Positions 37,095-45,956 of a stretch of DNA of 64,000 nt are shown here, one piece after another; positions within the stretch are counted from its first letter, which is position 1; each line of letters opens with the position of its first letter. Source of the stretch: a virus. Its lineage: Duplodnaviria > Caudoviricetes. The stretch is from IMG/VR virus record IMGVR_UViG_2933348407_000001, positions 32,001-96,000 of that record; one strand, given 5' to 3'. The translations under genes were made by a program, and so were the position numbers. Under the pieces are notes generated by a model, which saw nothing but the letters and a program-made list of their open reading frames with translations, was not told the DNA's origin and did no database searches.

Positions 37095-39014
37095 GTGCCG
37101 AGCGCTCCACCCACCAGATCGTCACACCCGAACACCCTGCGAGGCACCAGCCGGGCAATCTACGCCGTCACTGGCGTGGTCGACGAGGTCAACGACCTCA
37201 TCGTCCCCGGCGCCTTCGCCCACACCCTGGCCACCCGCCGCGTCAAAGCCGTATGGCACCACGAATGGAAGGACGCCGTCGGCGTCGTCCTGCACGTCGA
37301 GGAGTGGCTACCCGGCGACCCGAGGTTCGCCGACGTCCCCGACTGGCCCGCGGAGGCCGGCGCCCTGGTCGCGACCGTCGAGTACAACCGGCGCACCAGC
37401 AAGGGACGCGACACCTACGAGCAGGTCAAGCAGTGGTACGAGCACGGCGAAGCCGCGTTCTCCATCGGCTACCGCGTGCCCGCCGACGGAGCCACCCGCC
37501 GCGGTGACGGCGTCCGCGTCATCCACCGTCTCGACCTGTTCGAAGTGAGCCCCGTCCTGCACGGCGCGCACCCGATGACCCGGGCGCTCGAGGTCAAGGC
37601 CGCGGCCAACCCCGGCATGGAGTACAAGGCGACGCCCAACCTCGTCGAACTCGACACGGGGAAGGACGAGGACCGCATCAAGGTCGCCGGACTCGTTCTC
37701 AAGGCCGAGGACACCGGCCGCGTCCTGCTCATCCAGCGCGCCCTCGACGACGAGGACCCGGCCGCCGGAACCTGGGAGTTCCCCGGCGGGCACCTGGAGA
37801 AGGGCGAGGACGCGCTCGCCGCGGCGCTGCGCGAGTGGCAGGAGGAGACCGGCGCCGAACTCCCCGGAGCGACAAGCGTCGTCGGCTCCTGGACCGCCCC
37901 GAATGGCATCTACCGCGGGTTCGTCGCCATAGTCCCCGGCGAGTCCCACATACCGCTCAACCGGCCCCCCAGCGAACGACGGGTGACCAACCCCGACGAC
38001 CCCGAGGGCGAAACGCCGGAGGTCACCGCCTGGTGGCCGATCACCGCTCTCCCCGACATGTCCCTGCTCCGGCCCGCATGCCGAGACACCCCGTGGTCTC
38101 TCCTGGCAGGCGCCACCTTGCCGCAGGGCCCGGCGGCCAAGAAGCCCAGCGCCGAGGCCGAGCAGTTCGCCGCTGGCGTCATGAACACCTACGCCGCTCT
38201 CGGCGCCACGGAAGCGAAGTCCGCGCACGCCGCCGTGGCCGCCGCCCGTTCCGTCCAGCCGCGCATCGAGCACAAATCCGCCCGCTCCACGGTCGCCGAG
38301 GCCAAGAGCCATCCCACGCCCCTCCCGGAGGCTTCTGTGATGTCCCCCAACCCCCTGCCCGAGTCTCAAGAACAGTTCCGCGCCCGCCTCTCCGACAGCG
38401 TCCGCGAACTCCTCGACCAGGACGGCCAGACCTGGACGTGCATCGAGGGCACCTACCCGGACCGCGTCATCGTCTCCGTGCACAGCGAGGACGAACGGCG
38501 AAGCAGCCACTACGCCATCCAGTACACGGCCACCACGAACGGCGAGATCAGCCTCGGCACCCCTCAGTCCGTCGAACTCGCCACCGTCGTACTCCCGGAG
38601 GGCACCAGTGCGCAGCGTGCGGCCACCGACGCGGAAGACGTCGATGCCCGCGTGGTGCAGCCCACCGCGGAAGCCCTCGCCGACGCCACCGCCCGCATCA
38701 ACACCACCGAGGCCGACCCGGACCAACTCACGGGCGTACGGGACAAGGTGCGCACGCTGATCGCCGCCCTGTCCGCGAAGGGCCTCGACATCGCCGACGA
38801 CACCGATGTGCCCAAGGACGCCCCCCGGGACCGCACGGCCGGCCCTACCGGCATGGACCTGTGGGACGAGTACACGTTCAACGACGACGAGGACGAGGAC
38901 GAAGTCCCCACGGAGGACGCGCCGCCGCCCGCCGAAGACGACGTCGACGACGAGGACACGGTCCGGCTCGACGAGGACGAAGTGAAGTCCGCGCTCGCCA
39001 TGATGCGGAGCTGA
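37095..39014 (+). CDS. HK97-family prohead protease fused to a NUDIX hydrolase domain
   Basis: DLIVPGAF, WHH, FSIGY and LFEVSPVLHGA (peptidase S78); Nudix box GGHLEKGEDALAAALREWQEETG. Confidence 0.85.
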   Translation: MPSAPPTRSSHPNTLRGTSRAIYAVTGVVDEVNDLIVPGAFAHTLATRRVKAVWHHEWKDAVGVVLHVEEWLPGDPRFADVPDWPAEAGALVATVEYNRRTSKGRDTYEQVKQWYEHGEAAFSIGYRVPADGATRRGDGVRVIHRLDLFEVSPVLHGAHPMTRALEVKAAANPGMEYKATPNLVELDTGKDEDRIKVAGLVLKAEDTGRVLLIQRALDDEDPAAGTWEFPGGHLEKGEDALAAALREWQEETGAELPGATSVVGSWTAPNGIYRGFVAIVPGESHIPLNRPPSERRVTNPDDPEGETPEVTAWWPITALPDMSLLRPACRDTPWSLLAGATLPQGPAAKKPSAEAEQFAAGVMNTYAALGATEAKSAHAAVAAARSVQPRIEHKSARSTVAEAKSHPTPLPEASVMSPNPLPESQEQFRARLSDSVRELLDQDGQTWTCIEGTYPDRVIVSVHSEDERRSSHYAIQYTATTNGEISLGTPQSVELATVVLPEGTSAQRAATDAEDVDARVVQPTAEALADATARINTTEADPDQLTGVRDKVRTLIAALSAKGLDIADDTDVPKDAPRDRTAGPTGMDLWDEYTFNDDEDEDEVPTEDAPPPAEDDVDDEDTVRLDEDEVKSALAMMRS

Positions 39015-39089
39015 GTCGCACGACTCGGCCTTCTCCCCGCTCCCGCGCCCACTGTGTGCCGCCCCATAAAACCGCAGGTCAAAACCTAT

Positions 39090-39125
39090 GCGCTGCCCGC
39101 TCTTGACTCCCTGAGCGGGCAGCGC
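39090..39125 (+). terminator. 13-bp stem hairpin after the protease gene
   Basis: GCGCTGCCCGCTC-N10-GAGCGGGCAGCGC. Confidence 0.55.
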
Positions 39126-39155
39126 GCGACGTTAACCCCTCTCTCCCTCTTCACT
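39125..39155 (+). promoter_or_regulatory. putative late-promoter motif before the major capsid gene
   Basis: CGCGACGTTAAC-N13-TTCACT. Confidence 0.55.
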
Positions 39156-39240
39156 CCCGCCTCGCGTTGAGGCTGTCCCGGTGCTGGCCGGGCGGAGCGA
39201 CGCACGTCAACCGCACCCCAGCACCAGGGAGAGAGCAGCA

Positions 39241-40530
39241 ATGCCCGACAACGCTCGCATCAAGGAACTGCAGAAGCAGCTCCAGGCCAAGAGCGCCGAG
39301 GCCGAGGAGATCAGCAAGTCCTTCAAGGTCGAGGACGGCGGGTTCGTCGTCTCCACCGAGCAGGCAACCAAGTTCCGCAAGGTCTCCAGCGAGGCGCAGG
39401 AGATCAAGGCGCTCATCGACGCCGAGCAGGGCCTGGTCGAGATCAAGCAGTACCTCGACGCCCCGGAGACCACGCCGGCCGCGGCCGCGCACTACGGCAA
39501 GACGCCGACCATGGAGGAGAAGTCGCTCGGCGACATGTTCGTCGACTCCGACAGCTTCAAGCGAGCCAGCGCGGCCGGTTTCGATGACCGGCCGTACATC
39601 CGCGCCGCGATGGAGGGGAAGTCGATCTTCTCCCTGAGCGCCGGCACGGTCACGCACCAGACCCTCGGCAGCGTCCAGAACCTGGGCATCGCCGAGCGGG
39701 CCTACCGCAAGTGGCACATCCGAGACCTGTTCCCGAAGTCCTCGACCAAGCAGGCCGTCCTCTACGGCGCCCGGGAGACCGGCTGGACGAACAACGCGAG
39801 GCAGGTCAAGGAGCGCTACGCCGCCGACGGCACCAGCCCGGCGACCGGTGCGGACACCGACACCTGGGGCCGGGCCCCGCGGTCGAAGCTGTCCCTGACC
39901 CCGGTGATGTACCCGGTCGCCGAGGTCGCCCACCTGATCGACGCGCATAAGAACATCCTGAGCGACGAACCGAGGCTCAAGACGTTCATCAACGGGCGCA
40001 TGGTCGAGGGCGTCAAGTACCAGGAAGATTGGGACCTTCTCCACTCCGTCGGCGACGGCCAGTCCCTCACCGGCATCTACAACACCCCCGGTGTTCAGCA
40101 GTACACGGGGTTGGCGACCGACAAGTACAGCGTCCAGATCCGGCGTGCCATCACCAAGGCGCTCCTTGCCGAGTACGAGCCGACCGGCATCGTCCTGTCG
40201 CCCACGATGTGGGAGCACGTCGAGGTCGAGGAGGACGACAACGGAGCCTTCCGTGTCGCCATCGCCGTCGCCATCGGCGCGGAGAAGAAGGTCTGGAGGC
40301 TGAACGTCGTCGAGACCACGGCCATGTCGGACGGGGACTTCCTCATCGGCGCCTTCGGCCTCGGCGCCCAGCTCCACGACAGGGAGAACGTCAGCGTCAC
40401 CGTCTCCTCGGAGAACGCGGACAACTTCGAGAAGGGCCTGATCACCTTCCGCGCGGACGAGCGCCTGGCGCTCGAGGTCCCGCGGCCCGAGTCCTTCGTC
40501 ATCGGCACCTGGACCCAGCCCACCGGCTGA
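39241..40530 (+). CDS. HK97-fold major capsid protein
   Basis: Coiled-coil delta domain, EEKSLGDMF, GDG....GI and NF.KGLITFRADERLALEV.RP.SF. Confidence 0.9.
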   Translation: MPDNARIKELQKQLQAKSAEAEEISKSFKVEDGGFVVSTEQATKFRKVSSEAQEIKALIDAEQGLVEIKQYLDAPETTPAAAAHYGKTPTMEEKSLGDMFVDSDSFKRASAAGFDDRPYIRAAMEGKSIFSLSAGTVTHQTLGSVQNLGIAERAYRKWHIRDLFPKSSTKQAVLYGARETGWTNNARQVKERYAADGTSPATGADTDTWGRAPRSKLSLTPVMYPVAEVAHLIDAHKNILSDEPRLKTFINGRMVEGVKYQEDWDLLHSVGDGQSLTGIYNTPGVQQYTGLATDKYSVQIRRAITKALLAEYEPTGIVLSPTMWEHVEVEEDDNGAFRVAIAVAIGAEKKVWRLNVVETTAMSDGDFLIGAFGLGAQLHDRENVSVTVSSENADNFEKGLITFRADERLALEVPRPESFVIGTWTQPTG

Positions 40531-40543
40531 CCCGGACGCGGGT

Positions 40544-40581
40544 GAGGGGGTGCGTCCCGCCTCGAGCGGGCGCGCCCCCTC
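40544..40581 (+). terminator. hairpin after the capsid gene
   Basis: GAGGGGGTGCGTCCCGC-CTCGA-GCGGGCGCGCCCCCTC. Confidence 0.5.
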
Positions 40582-40614
40582 CACGTACCACCACCACGAA
40601 CACGGAGGACGCCG

Positions 40615-40890
40615 GTGATCGAGAAACAACCCATTGGCCTCGCGGAAGAGTTGGACGCGCTCGCCAACGCCCCCACCACCCACCGGGGCCCACAGTGCAG
40701 CGTCGGCACCTTCCTGGCCGCCGCGGGCGAGAAGGCAGCGGCCTCCCTGCGCGCGGCCTTGGACTCCGACCGCGTCACGGCGAAGTCCATCGCCGACACT
40801 CTCAGCCGTTATGGCGACGCAGTCACCGCGTACACCGTCGCCCGGCACCGGCGCCGTGGGCAGTCCAACGGATGCCGGTGCGAGCGATGA
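40615..40890 (+). CDS. small phage protein (HTH-like, C-terminal HRR...CRC)
   Basis: GGAGG RBS, GTG start, ATGA coupling to the downstream phosphoesterase. Confidence 0.65.
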   Translation: MIEKQPIGLAEELDALANAPTTHRGPQCSVGTFLAAAGEKAAASLRAALDSDRVTAKSIADTLSRYGDAVTAYTVARHRRRGQSNGCRCER

Positions 40891-42134
40891 GCCTGGACAG
40901 CGACCTGCAGGCGCTCCTCGAACCGGCCTCCCCCGAGCAGAGCCACGCCGCGCAGGCACAGCCCACGCAGCCGGCCGCCCCGCGCGGCTGGGAGGCCGGA
41001 GTGCGGTTCGATCCCGGCGGCACGATGGTCGTCACGGCCCCGCCCACTGAGGCGGAGCCCGGCGGCGAGGCCGACTGGCGCGAACGAGTTGAGGAGATGG
41101 GTCTCGCCATCCCCGAGGGCTTCCGCGTCCGCCTCGTGGAGGCCAAGCACGACCCGGCCGCCTGGCACCGCGACAACCAGGGCGACGACGCGGTGACCCG
41201 CGCCGTATGGCGCTGCCGCTACGTCATCGAACCGGCCGCTCCCGCCTGGCAGTCCGCCGGCGACGTCGACGCCCTCGTACGAGACGCGATGCGCCGCCGC
41301 CGCAAGGCCCGCCCGGCGGTCGACACCGCGGAGCGCGCCCTGGTCGTGGTCTACGCAGACGCCCAGGCCGGGAAGGTCGGCCGGGACGGGGGAACCCCTG
41401 AGCTGATCGCGCGCGTTGCTGACCGCTTCGACAAGCTCGATGACCACGTACGCGACCTCAAGGCCATCGGCCGCGGCCCCACCGCGGCGTACTGGATGGA
41501 CGCCGGGGACTGCGTCGAGAACTACGAGAACACCGCCCAGCAGGCGTACACCAACGACCTGACCATGACGGAGATGATCCGCGTTCACCGCCGGATCACC
41601 TTCGAGGGCCTGGACCGCCTCGCCGGACGCTTCGGCCGTGTCGTCGCCGCGACGTGCGGCTCGAACCACGGCCGAGTGCGGCGCGGCCGTGAGGCTGTCG
41701 GCCCGCCCAGCGATGACTGGGGCATTGAGGTCCTGTCGCAGATTGCCGACGCGTACGCCCGCAACGAGGACGCCTACGGTCACGTCAGCTTCGTCATGCC
41801 GGAACGGTGGCGGGAGTCGGTGTCGCTGGACGTCGCCGGCACCATCGTGGGCCTGTCGCACGGGCACCAATACCCGCGGCCGGACAAGGCCGTGGACTGG
41901 TGGCGCGGGCAGACGTTCGGCCGTCAGCCAATCGCCGACGCGGACGTGTTGATCACCGGCCACTTCCACCACTTCCGGGCCCAACAGGTCGGCAACGGCC
42001 GACTGTGGGTTCAGGCGCCCACGCTGGACAACGGCTCGGACTGGTACACCGCGCGCAGCGGTGAAGTCTCCGCGTCCGGCCTCCTCGTGTTCAGCGTCGG
42101 CCCCGACGGCTGGGACGACCTTCGGCTCCTGTGA
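40887..42134 (+). CDS. calcineurin-like metallophosphoesterase (Mre11-like phage nuclease)
   Basis: ADAQAG, AGDCVEN, GSNHG, SHGH and TGHFHH motifs. Confidence 0.8.
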   Translation: MSLDSDLQALLEPASPEQSHAAQAQPTQPAAPRGWEAGVRFDPGGTMVVTAPPTEAEPGGEADWRERVEEMGLAIPEGFRVRLVEAKHDPAAWHRDNQGDDAVTRAVWRCRYVIEPAAPAWQSAGDVDALVRDAMRRRRKARPAVDTAERALVVVYADAQAGKVGRDGGTPELIARVADRFDKLDDHVRDLKAIGRGPTAAYWMDAGDCVENYENTAQQAYTNDLTMTEMIRVHRRITFEGLDRLAGRFGRVVAATCGSNHGRVRRGREAVGPPSDDWGIEVLSQIADAYARNEDAYGHVSFVMPERWRESVSLDVAGTIVGLSHGHQYPRPDKAVDWWRGQTFGRQPIADADVLITGHFHHFRAQQVGNGRLWVQAPTLDNGSDWYTARSGEVSASGLLVFSVGPDGWDDLRLL

Positions 42135-42151
42135 TGGACGGCCACCCCGGA

Positions 42152-42181
42152 CCAAGATCGTTCTTGCGCAATTGTGCAAGC
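42152..42181 (-). promoter_or_regulatory. 30-bp element with palindrome, copy 3 (inverted, 1 mismatch)
   Basis: Plus strand CCAAGATCGTTCTTGCGCAATTGTGCAAGC. Confidence 0.75.
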
Positions 42182-42191
42182 CCGGCCAGGG

Positions 42192-42222
42192 CGCGACCGT
42201 AGCGCTCTCTGTCCCCCATCCT
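42192..42222 (+). promoter_or_regulatory. putative late-promoter motif
   Basis: CGCGACCGTAGC-N13-CATCCT. Confidence 0.5.
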
Positions 42223-42260
42223 TCCGCGGCCACCACACCGGAAGCAGCGGAAGGAAACCC

Positions 42261-42722
42261 ATGGGGCTCTACCGAGAGAACGGGCAGCGGATCACGAAGG
42301 CGGCGTTCCCGGCCGTTGTGCTCACCGACCCGCCCAAGCGCATCACCGAGAACGTCTACCAGACCGAGCCGTACGGTCGCGGCGACGGCCGCCCCGAGGG
42401 CTCCCGTCGTCACCTGATCTACGAGGCCGGGGACATCGTCCCTCAGTCCGTGATCGACCGGCTGTTCACCGCGGCGACGATCGCGACCGTTGCGCCGGCC
42501 ACCGGCCCGGTCGCGGGCGGGACCAACGTCACCATCACGGGCACCGCCCTGGATGGCGTCTCCGCCGTGAACTTCGGGGCGACCGCCGGTACCGAGCTCA
42601 CGGTCGTCTCTGCGACCGAGCTGCGCGTCAAGGCGCCCGCAGGCGCGGCCGGGGCGGTGAACGTCGTCCTCGTCGACGACGCCGGCAACGTCATCAAGAC
42701 CAACGGCTTCACCTACGCCTGA
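42261..42722 (+). CDS. IPT/TIG Ig-like domain protein (possible virion decoration)
   Basis: VAPATGPVAGGTNVTITG...VNFG...FTY. Confidence 0.8.
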   Translation: MGLYRENGQRITKAAFPAVVLTDPPKRITENVYQTEPYGRGDGRPEGSRRHLIYEAGDIVPQSVIDRLFTAATIATVAPATGPVAGGTNVTITGTALDGVSAVNFGATAGTELTVVSATELRVKAPAGAAGAVNVVLVDDAGNVIKTNGFTYA

Positions 42723-42729
42723 CCCGGGC

Positions 42730-42759
42730 GGCGGGCGGCCGAGTGTGCGGCCGCCCGCC
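42730..42759 (+). terminator. hairpin
   Basis: GGCGGGCGGCCG-AGTGTG-CGGCCGCCCGCC. Confidence 0.55.
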
Positions 42760-42785
42760 CTCCGCGCCGCCTCGCAGCGGCAGGA

Positions 42786-42816
42786 CGCGACACAAGCGCC
42801 GCCCGGTGTGCAGGGT
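42786..42816 (+). promoter_or_regulatory. putative late-promoter motif
   Basis: CGCGACACAAGC-N13-CAGGGT. Confidence 0.65.
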
Positions 42817-42856
42817 GCGCGCCGACCGGAACACCACCCCCGAGAGGGAGCAACCC

Positions 42857-43393
42857 ATGGCAGGCACCACCCGAACCCGTAAGACCGCCGCGGCACAGCC
42901 CGCGGACGCCGGTAACACCCCCGTCGCAGAGACGGAGCAGACCGCCGCGGAGCCCGCGGGTGCTCCGGCCGTCGAGGAAGCGACCACCGCGGCGGCCGCC
43001 GAGGAGACGACCGCGACCGAGGCCAGTCCGAAGGCGCCCGACGTGGCTCCGCTGGAGCCTCCGGCCGTTCACGAGGCTCCCGAGCCCCCGGCCGAGCCCG
43101 GCTACGTCTCCCCGACCGAGGTCATTCCCGACGACATCGCCGAGGTCATCCTCGACGACGCCACCAAGGAGCCTCCGGCCGACATCGACGCCGTGTTCCA
43201 GCCCGTCACCCCGCACGGCTCCGCTTTCCGATGCACCGTCCGCCTGATCGAGCGCACCTACGTGGGCCCGCACAGCAACCCGATCGAGCGGCTGCTGCAG
43301 CCCAAGGGCGCCCATGTCTCCGAGAGCATCGCCGCCCGTATCCGTGAGCGCCTGGTCGCTCAGGCCGACGCCGTGACCGGCGCCGAGAAGTAA
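42857..43393 (+). CDS. hypothetical protein with Ala/Glu/Pro-rich N-terminus
   Basis: GGGAG RBS, high GC at third codon positions. Confidence 0.7.
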   Translation: MAGTTRTRKTAAAQPADAGNTPVAETEQTAAEPAGAPAVEEATTAAAAEETTATEASPKAPDVAPLEPPAVHEAPEPPAEPGYVSPTEVIPDDIAEVILDDATKEPPADIDAVFQPVTPHGSAFRCTVRLIERTYVGPHSNPIERLLQPKGAHVSESIAARIRERLVAQADAVTGAEK

Positions 43394-43405
43394 GGGAGGC
43401 CCGGG

Positions 43406-44269
43406 GTGTCGGTCGTCGACTACGAGCCCATGTACGGCGGGGCGCACTACGACCCCGAACCGGCCGGAGGACAAGTCACGAGCCTCGTCCTCTACGACGG
43501 CCCGGAACGCACCACCGAAGTTGCCGCGGCAGGGCCGGGCACTCGACTGCGGCCCGGGACGTACCGGTTCGCGCTGCCCGACGTGCCGCCCGGCCGGTAC
43601 TGGGCAACCGTCACCTTCACCCCGAGCAACGGCACCCAGCCCGTCAAGGACCAGTCCCTACGGCTGGACCTCCCCCTCGGGCTGGGGCTCGCCACCTCCC
43701 CCGAAGCCGTCGCCGACGACCTCGGCGTCCCGCTCCCGCTCACACCCGTCCAGCGAGACGCACTCACGACTGCGATCCGCCGAGCGCAAGCCGACGTCGA
43801 GGGATACCTGGGCCGCTCCCTCGTTCCCCGCGTCGTCACCCGCACCGCGGTCACGCCCTACTGGCGCCCCGCAGAAGACCTGACCGACCCGGAGGCGTGG
43901 CCGTTCGACATCGACGACGACTGGCAGGTATCCGCCTACCGCGACCGCGGGGACGGCACATACGACGTCGACCTCCTCGTCGGCCTGAACGGCGCCGCCG
44001 AAGACCCCGTCGTCCGCTACGTCACCGCCCACGCCGCGGAGTCCGAACGCAACCGGCCCGGCGGCGTCGGCTCCCAGGGCCGCCGCGTCTCCTCTGTGAG
44101 CGCCGAAGGACAGTCGATCTCGTACGACTCGGCGCCAACAGCCGGCCAGGCCGGCGCACTGCCGACCATCGACACCCTGTCCAAGTTGAAGCGCCGACTC
44201 TGGCAGCCGCTCGCCACCCCACCACGCCCGCCCTGGCCGTACTCCTCCACCCCCTACCGCCGCCGCTGA
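43406..44269 (+). CDS. head-to-tail adaptor-like protein
   Basis: AIRRAQADVEGYLGR and SVSAEGQSISY; position after the capsid genes. Confidence 0.65.
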   Translation: MSVVDYEPMYGGAHYDPEPAGGQVTSLVLYDGPERTTEVAAAGPGTRLRPGTYRFALPDVPPGRYWATVTFTPSNGTQPVKDQSLRLDLPLGLGLATSPEAVADDLGVPLPLTPVQRDALTTAIRRAQADVEGYLGRSLVPRVVTRTAVTPYWRPAEDLTDPEAWPFDIDDDWQVSAYRDRGDGTYDVDLLVGLNGAAEDPVVRYVTAHAAESERNRPGGVGSQGRRVSSVSAEGQSISYDSAPTAGQAGALPTIDTLSKLKRRLWQPLATPPRPPWPYSSTPYRRR

Positions 44270-44285
44270 AAGGGAGCTGCCCCGC

Positions 44286-44618
44286 ATGGCCGTCGTGCTG
44301 CCGAACGCCACGCTGACGGTGCGCGCCCTCGCCCACCCCTGGGAGCGCGACACCAACGGCGTGCCCGTACCACCGAACCCCAACCAGAAACCCGTCCCAC
44401 GCGGCACCTGGCCCGGATCGGTCCTCGAGCAGACCGACGGCTCATGGTCGGTACGGCTCGACCCGCAGGCGTGGCCGGTCAAGGAAGGCGACACCGTCGA
44501 GGACGAGACCGGACGGTCCTGGACCCTGACCAGCACCCGCAACCACACCGTTCCCGGGTGCTCCGACGCCGACTACGTCCAGGCGACCGCCACCCTCAAC
44601 CCGCCGGAGGTCCCCTGA
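44286..44618 (+). CDS. head-to-tail stopper-like protein
   Basis: Size, beta-rich pattern (D..G.P, GD.V.D..G..W) and synteny. Confidence 0.55.
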   Translation: MAVVLPNATLTVRALAHPWERDTNGVPVPPNPNQKPVPRGTWPGSVLEQTDGSWSVRLDPQAWPVKEGDTVEDETGRSWTLTSTRNHTVPGCSDADYVQATATLNPPEVP

Positions 44619-45148
44619 TGGCGAAGTTCACGGCCGCCCCCGGGCTCGAGGAGGCGCTCGCCCGGATGGTGGCTCCCCATGTCCAGCGCATCGCACAGCA
44701 GGTGGAGATCGAGGCCAAGCGACTTGCCCCACCGGTCAAGCGCTGGATCACCGTCGGCGACGACAAGGTGCGCCCGACCCACGTCGCCGCCCAGGGCCAA
44801 GAGGTCCCCGGAAACCTCCGGTTCGCCATCAACTCGATGGACTGGGACCGCCGGCACCGCGGCCTCGGCGAGAAGACGTACATGCGGGAGCCCAAGGACC
44901 AGACGTCCCGCGCCGTCGCCAACATCAAGAACTGCCGATGCACGACCCACAGCGACCCGGATGGCATCGCGAGGAACATCAACACCGGCCCGCTCGTCAT
45001 CTCCGGGAAGAAGGTCACCGTGACCGTCACCGCCCGCGGCCGCCTGGTCGTCGAGGCCGAAGTCGGCACGGTCTACCCCGGCAACCTCGTCGCCGACGGC
45101 GCACACTTCATGTCCCGCGGCGCGGCCATCGTCGCCGCCCGCCGCTGA
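44618..45148 (+). CDS. neck/tail-completion (HK97 gp10-like) protein with an inserted MuF-like motif
   Basis: EAKRLAP...EVGT...HFM.RG gp10-like pattern; internal WITVGDDKVRPTH...NCRC. Confidence 0.55.
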   Translation: MAKFTAAPGLEEALARMVAPHVQRIAQQVEIEAKRLAPPVKRWITVGDDKVRPTHVAAQGQEVPGNLRFAINSMDWDRRHRGLGEKTYMREPKDQTSRAVANIKNCRCTTHSDPDGIARNINTGPLVISGKKVTVTVTARGRLVVEAEVGTVYPGNLVADGAHFMSRGAAIVAARR

Positions 45149-45151
45149 GCA

Positions 45152-45181
45152 CGCGACACAAGCGGCTCCCGTCCGCACAGT
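45152..45181 (+). promoter_or_regulatory. putative late-promoter motif (leaderless)
   Basis: CGCGACACAAGC-N12-CACAGT-N7-ATG(45189). Confidence 0.65.
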
Positions 45182-45188
45182 GCGCGCC

Positions 45189-45458
45189 ATGGCTACGAAC
45201 ACCACCACCAAGAAGACCACCGCCCCCGAGGCGGAAGAGTCCACCGAGGCCGTCACCGTCGAGGCCCGCCCCGAGCGCACCCGCCGCGCCCCGGCCGTCG
45301 TCGGCCCGCCCCTCGGCGAGGACCAGGAGCCGGTGACCGTCACCCTGTCGCATCACCTGCGCATCGACGGCACCGACCACACACCCGGCTCCGAGATCAC
45401 CGTCAGCCCGGACTACGCCCGCCGTCTCCGCGGCCAGGGCTTCACCGCCCGCACCTGA
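45189..45458 (+). CDS. small phage protein
   Basis: G..H.PG..I.V....A.RL..QG pattern; TGATG coupling. Confidence 0.6.
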   Translation: MATNTTTKKTTAPEAEESTEAVTVEARPERTRRAPAVVGPPLGEDQEPVTVTLSHHLRIDGTDHTPGSEITVSPDYARRLRGQGFTART

Positions 45459-45883
45459 TGGCCGAGCTGACCCTCGCGGACGCCGACCCCGTATCCGCCC
45501 TCCTGCTCTGGCTCCAGCAGAGCGCCGAGGTCGCCGACGCCCTCGGCGGCCCCGGACGGGTGTCCGGCATCGCCGAGGCCCCGTGGCCGCACCTGGTCAT
45601 CGGCCACGGCCCCGGCGGCGACCTCCGCGACTTTCGCTGGGCCACCGCACCGGAGGTGACGCTCGAGGTGCACGGGGACCCGGGCGGCTGGCCGGGCAAG
45701 GCCGAACTACGGCGCATCCTCGTCCGCTGCGCGCAGGTCGCACAGAGCATCGTCGAGGCCCCGCACAAGCCCGGTCAGCCGGTCATCAACGGCGTGAAGC
45801 CCTCCGGCCTCCTCCTGTGGTCGCCGCTCGTCGACGGCCAACCCCGGTGGCTGCTCAACCTCGCGGTGACCCTCCACCCATGA
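45458..45883 (+). CDS. tail terminator-like protein
   Basis: PWPHLVI and VTLEVHG; directly upstream of the major tail gene. Confidence 0.6.
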   Translation: MAELTLADADPVSALLLWLQQSAEVADALGGPGRVSGIAEAPWPHLVIGHGPGGDLRDFRWATAPEVTLEVHGDPGGWPGKAELRRILVRCAQVAQSIVEAPHKPGQPVINGVKPSGLLLWSPLVDGQPRWLLNLAVTLHP

Positions 45884-45886
45884 CGA

Positions 45887-45917
45887 CGCGACGTTAACCA
45901 CCCCGGCTCTCCACGGT
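45887..45917 (+). promoter_or_regulatory. putative late-promoter motif
   Basis: CGCGACGTTAAC-N13-CACGGT. Confidence 0.65.
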
Positions 45918-45956
45918 GTCCCGGCCCTACCACCCGGACACCTTGGAGAGCACGTC

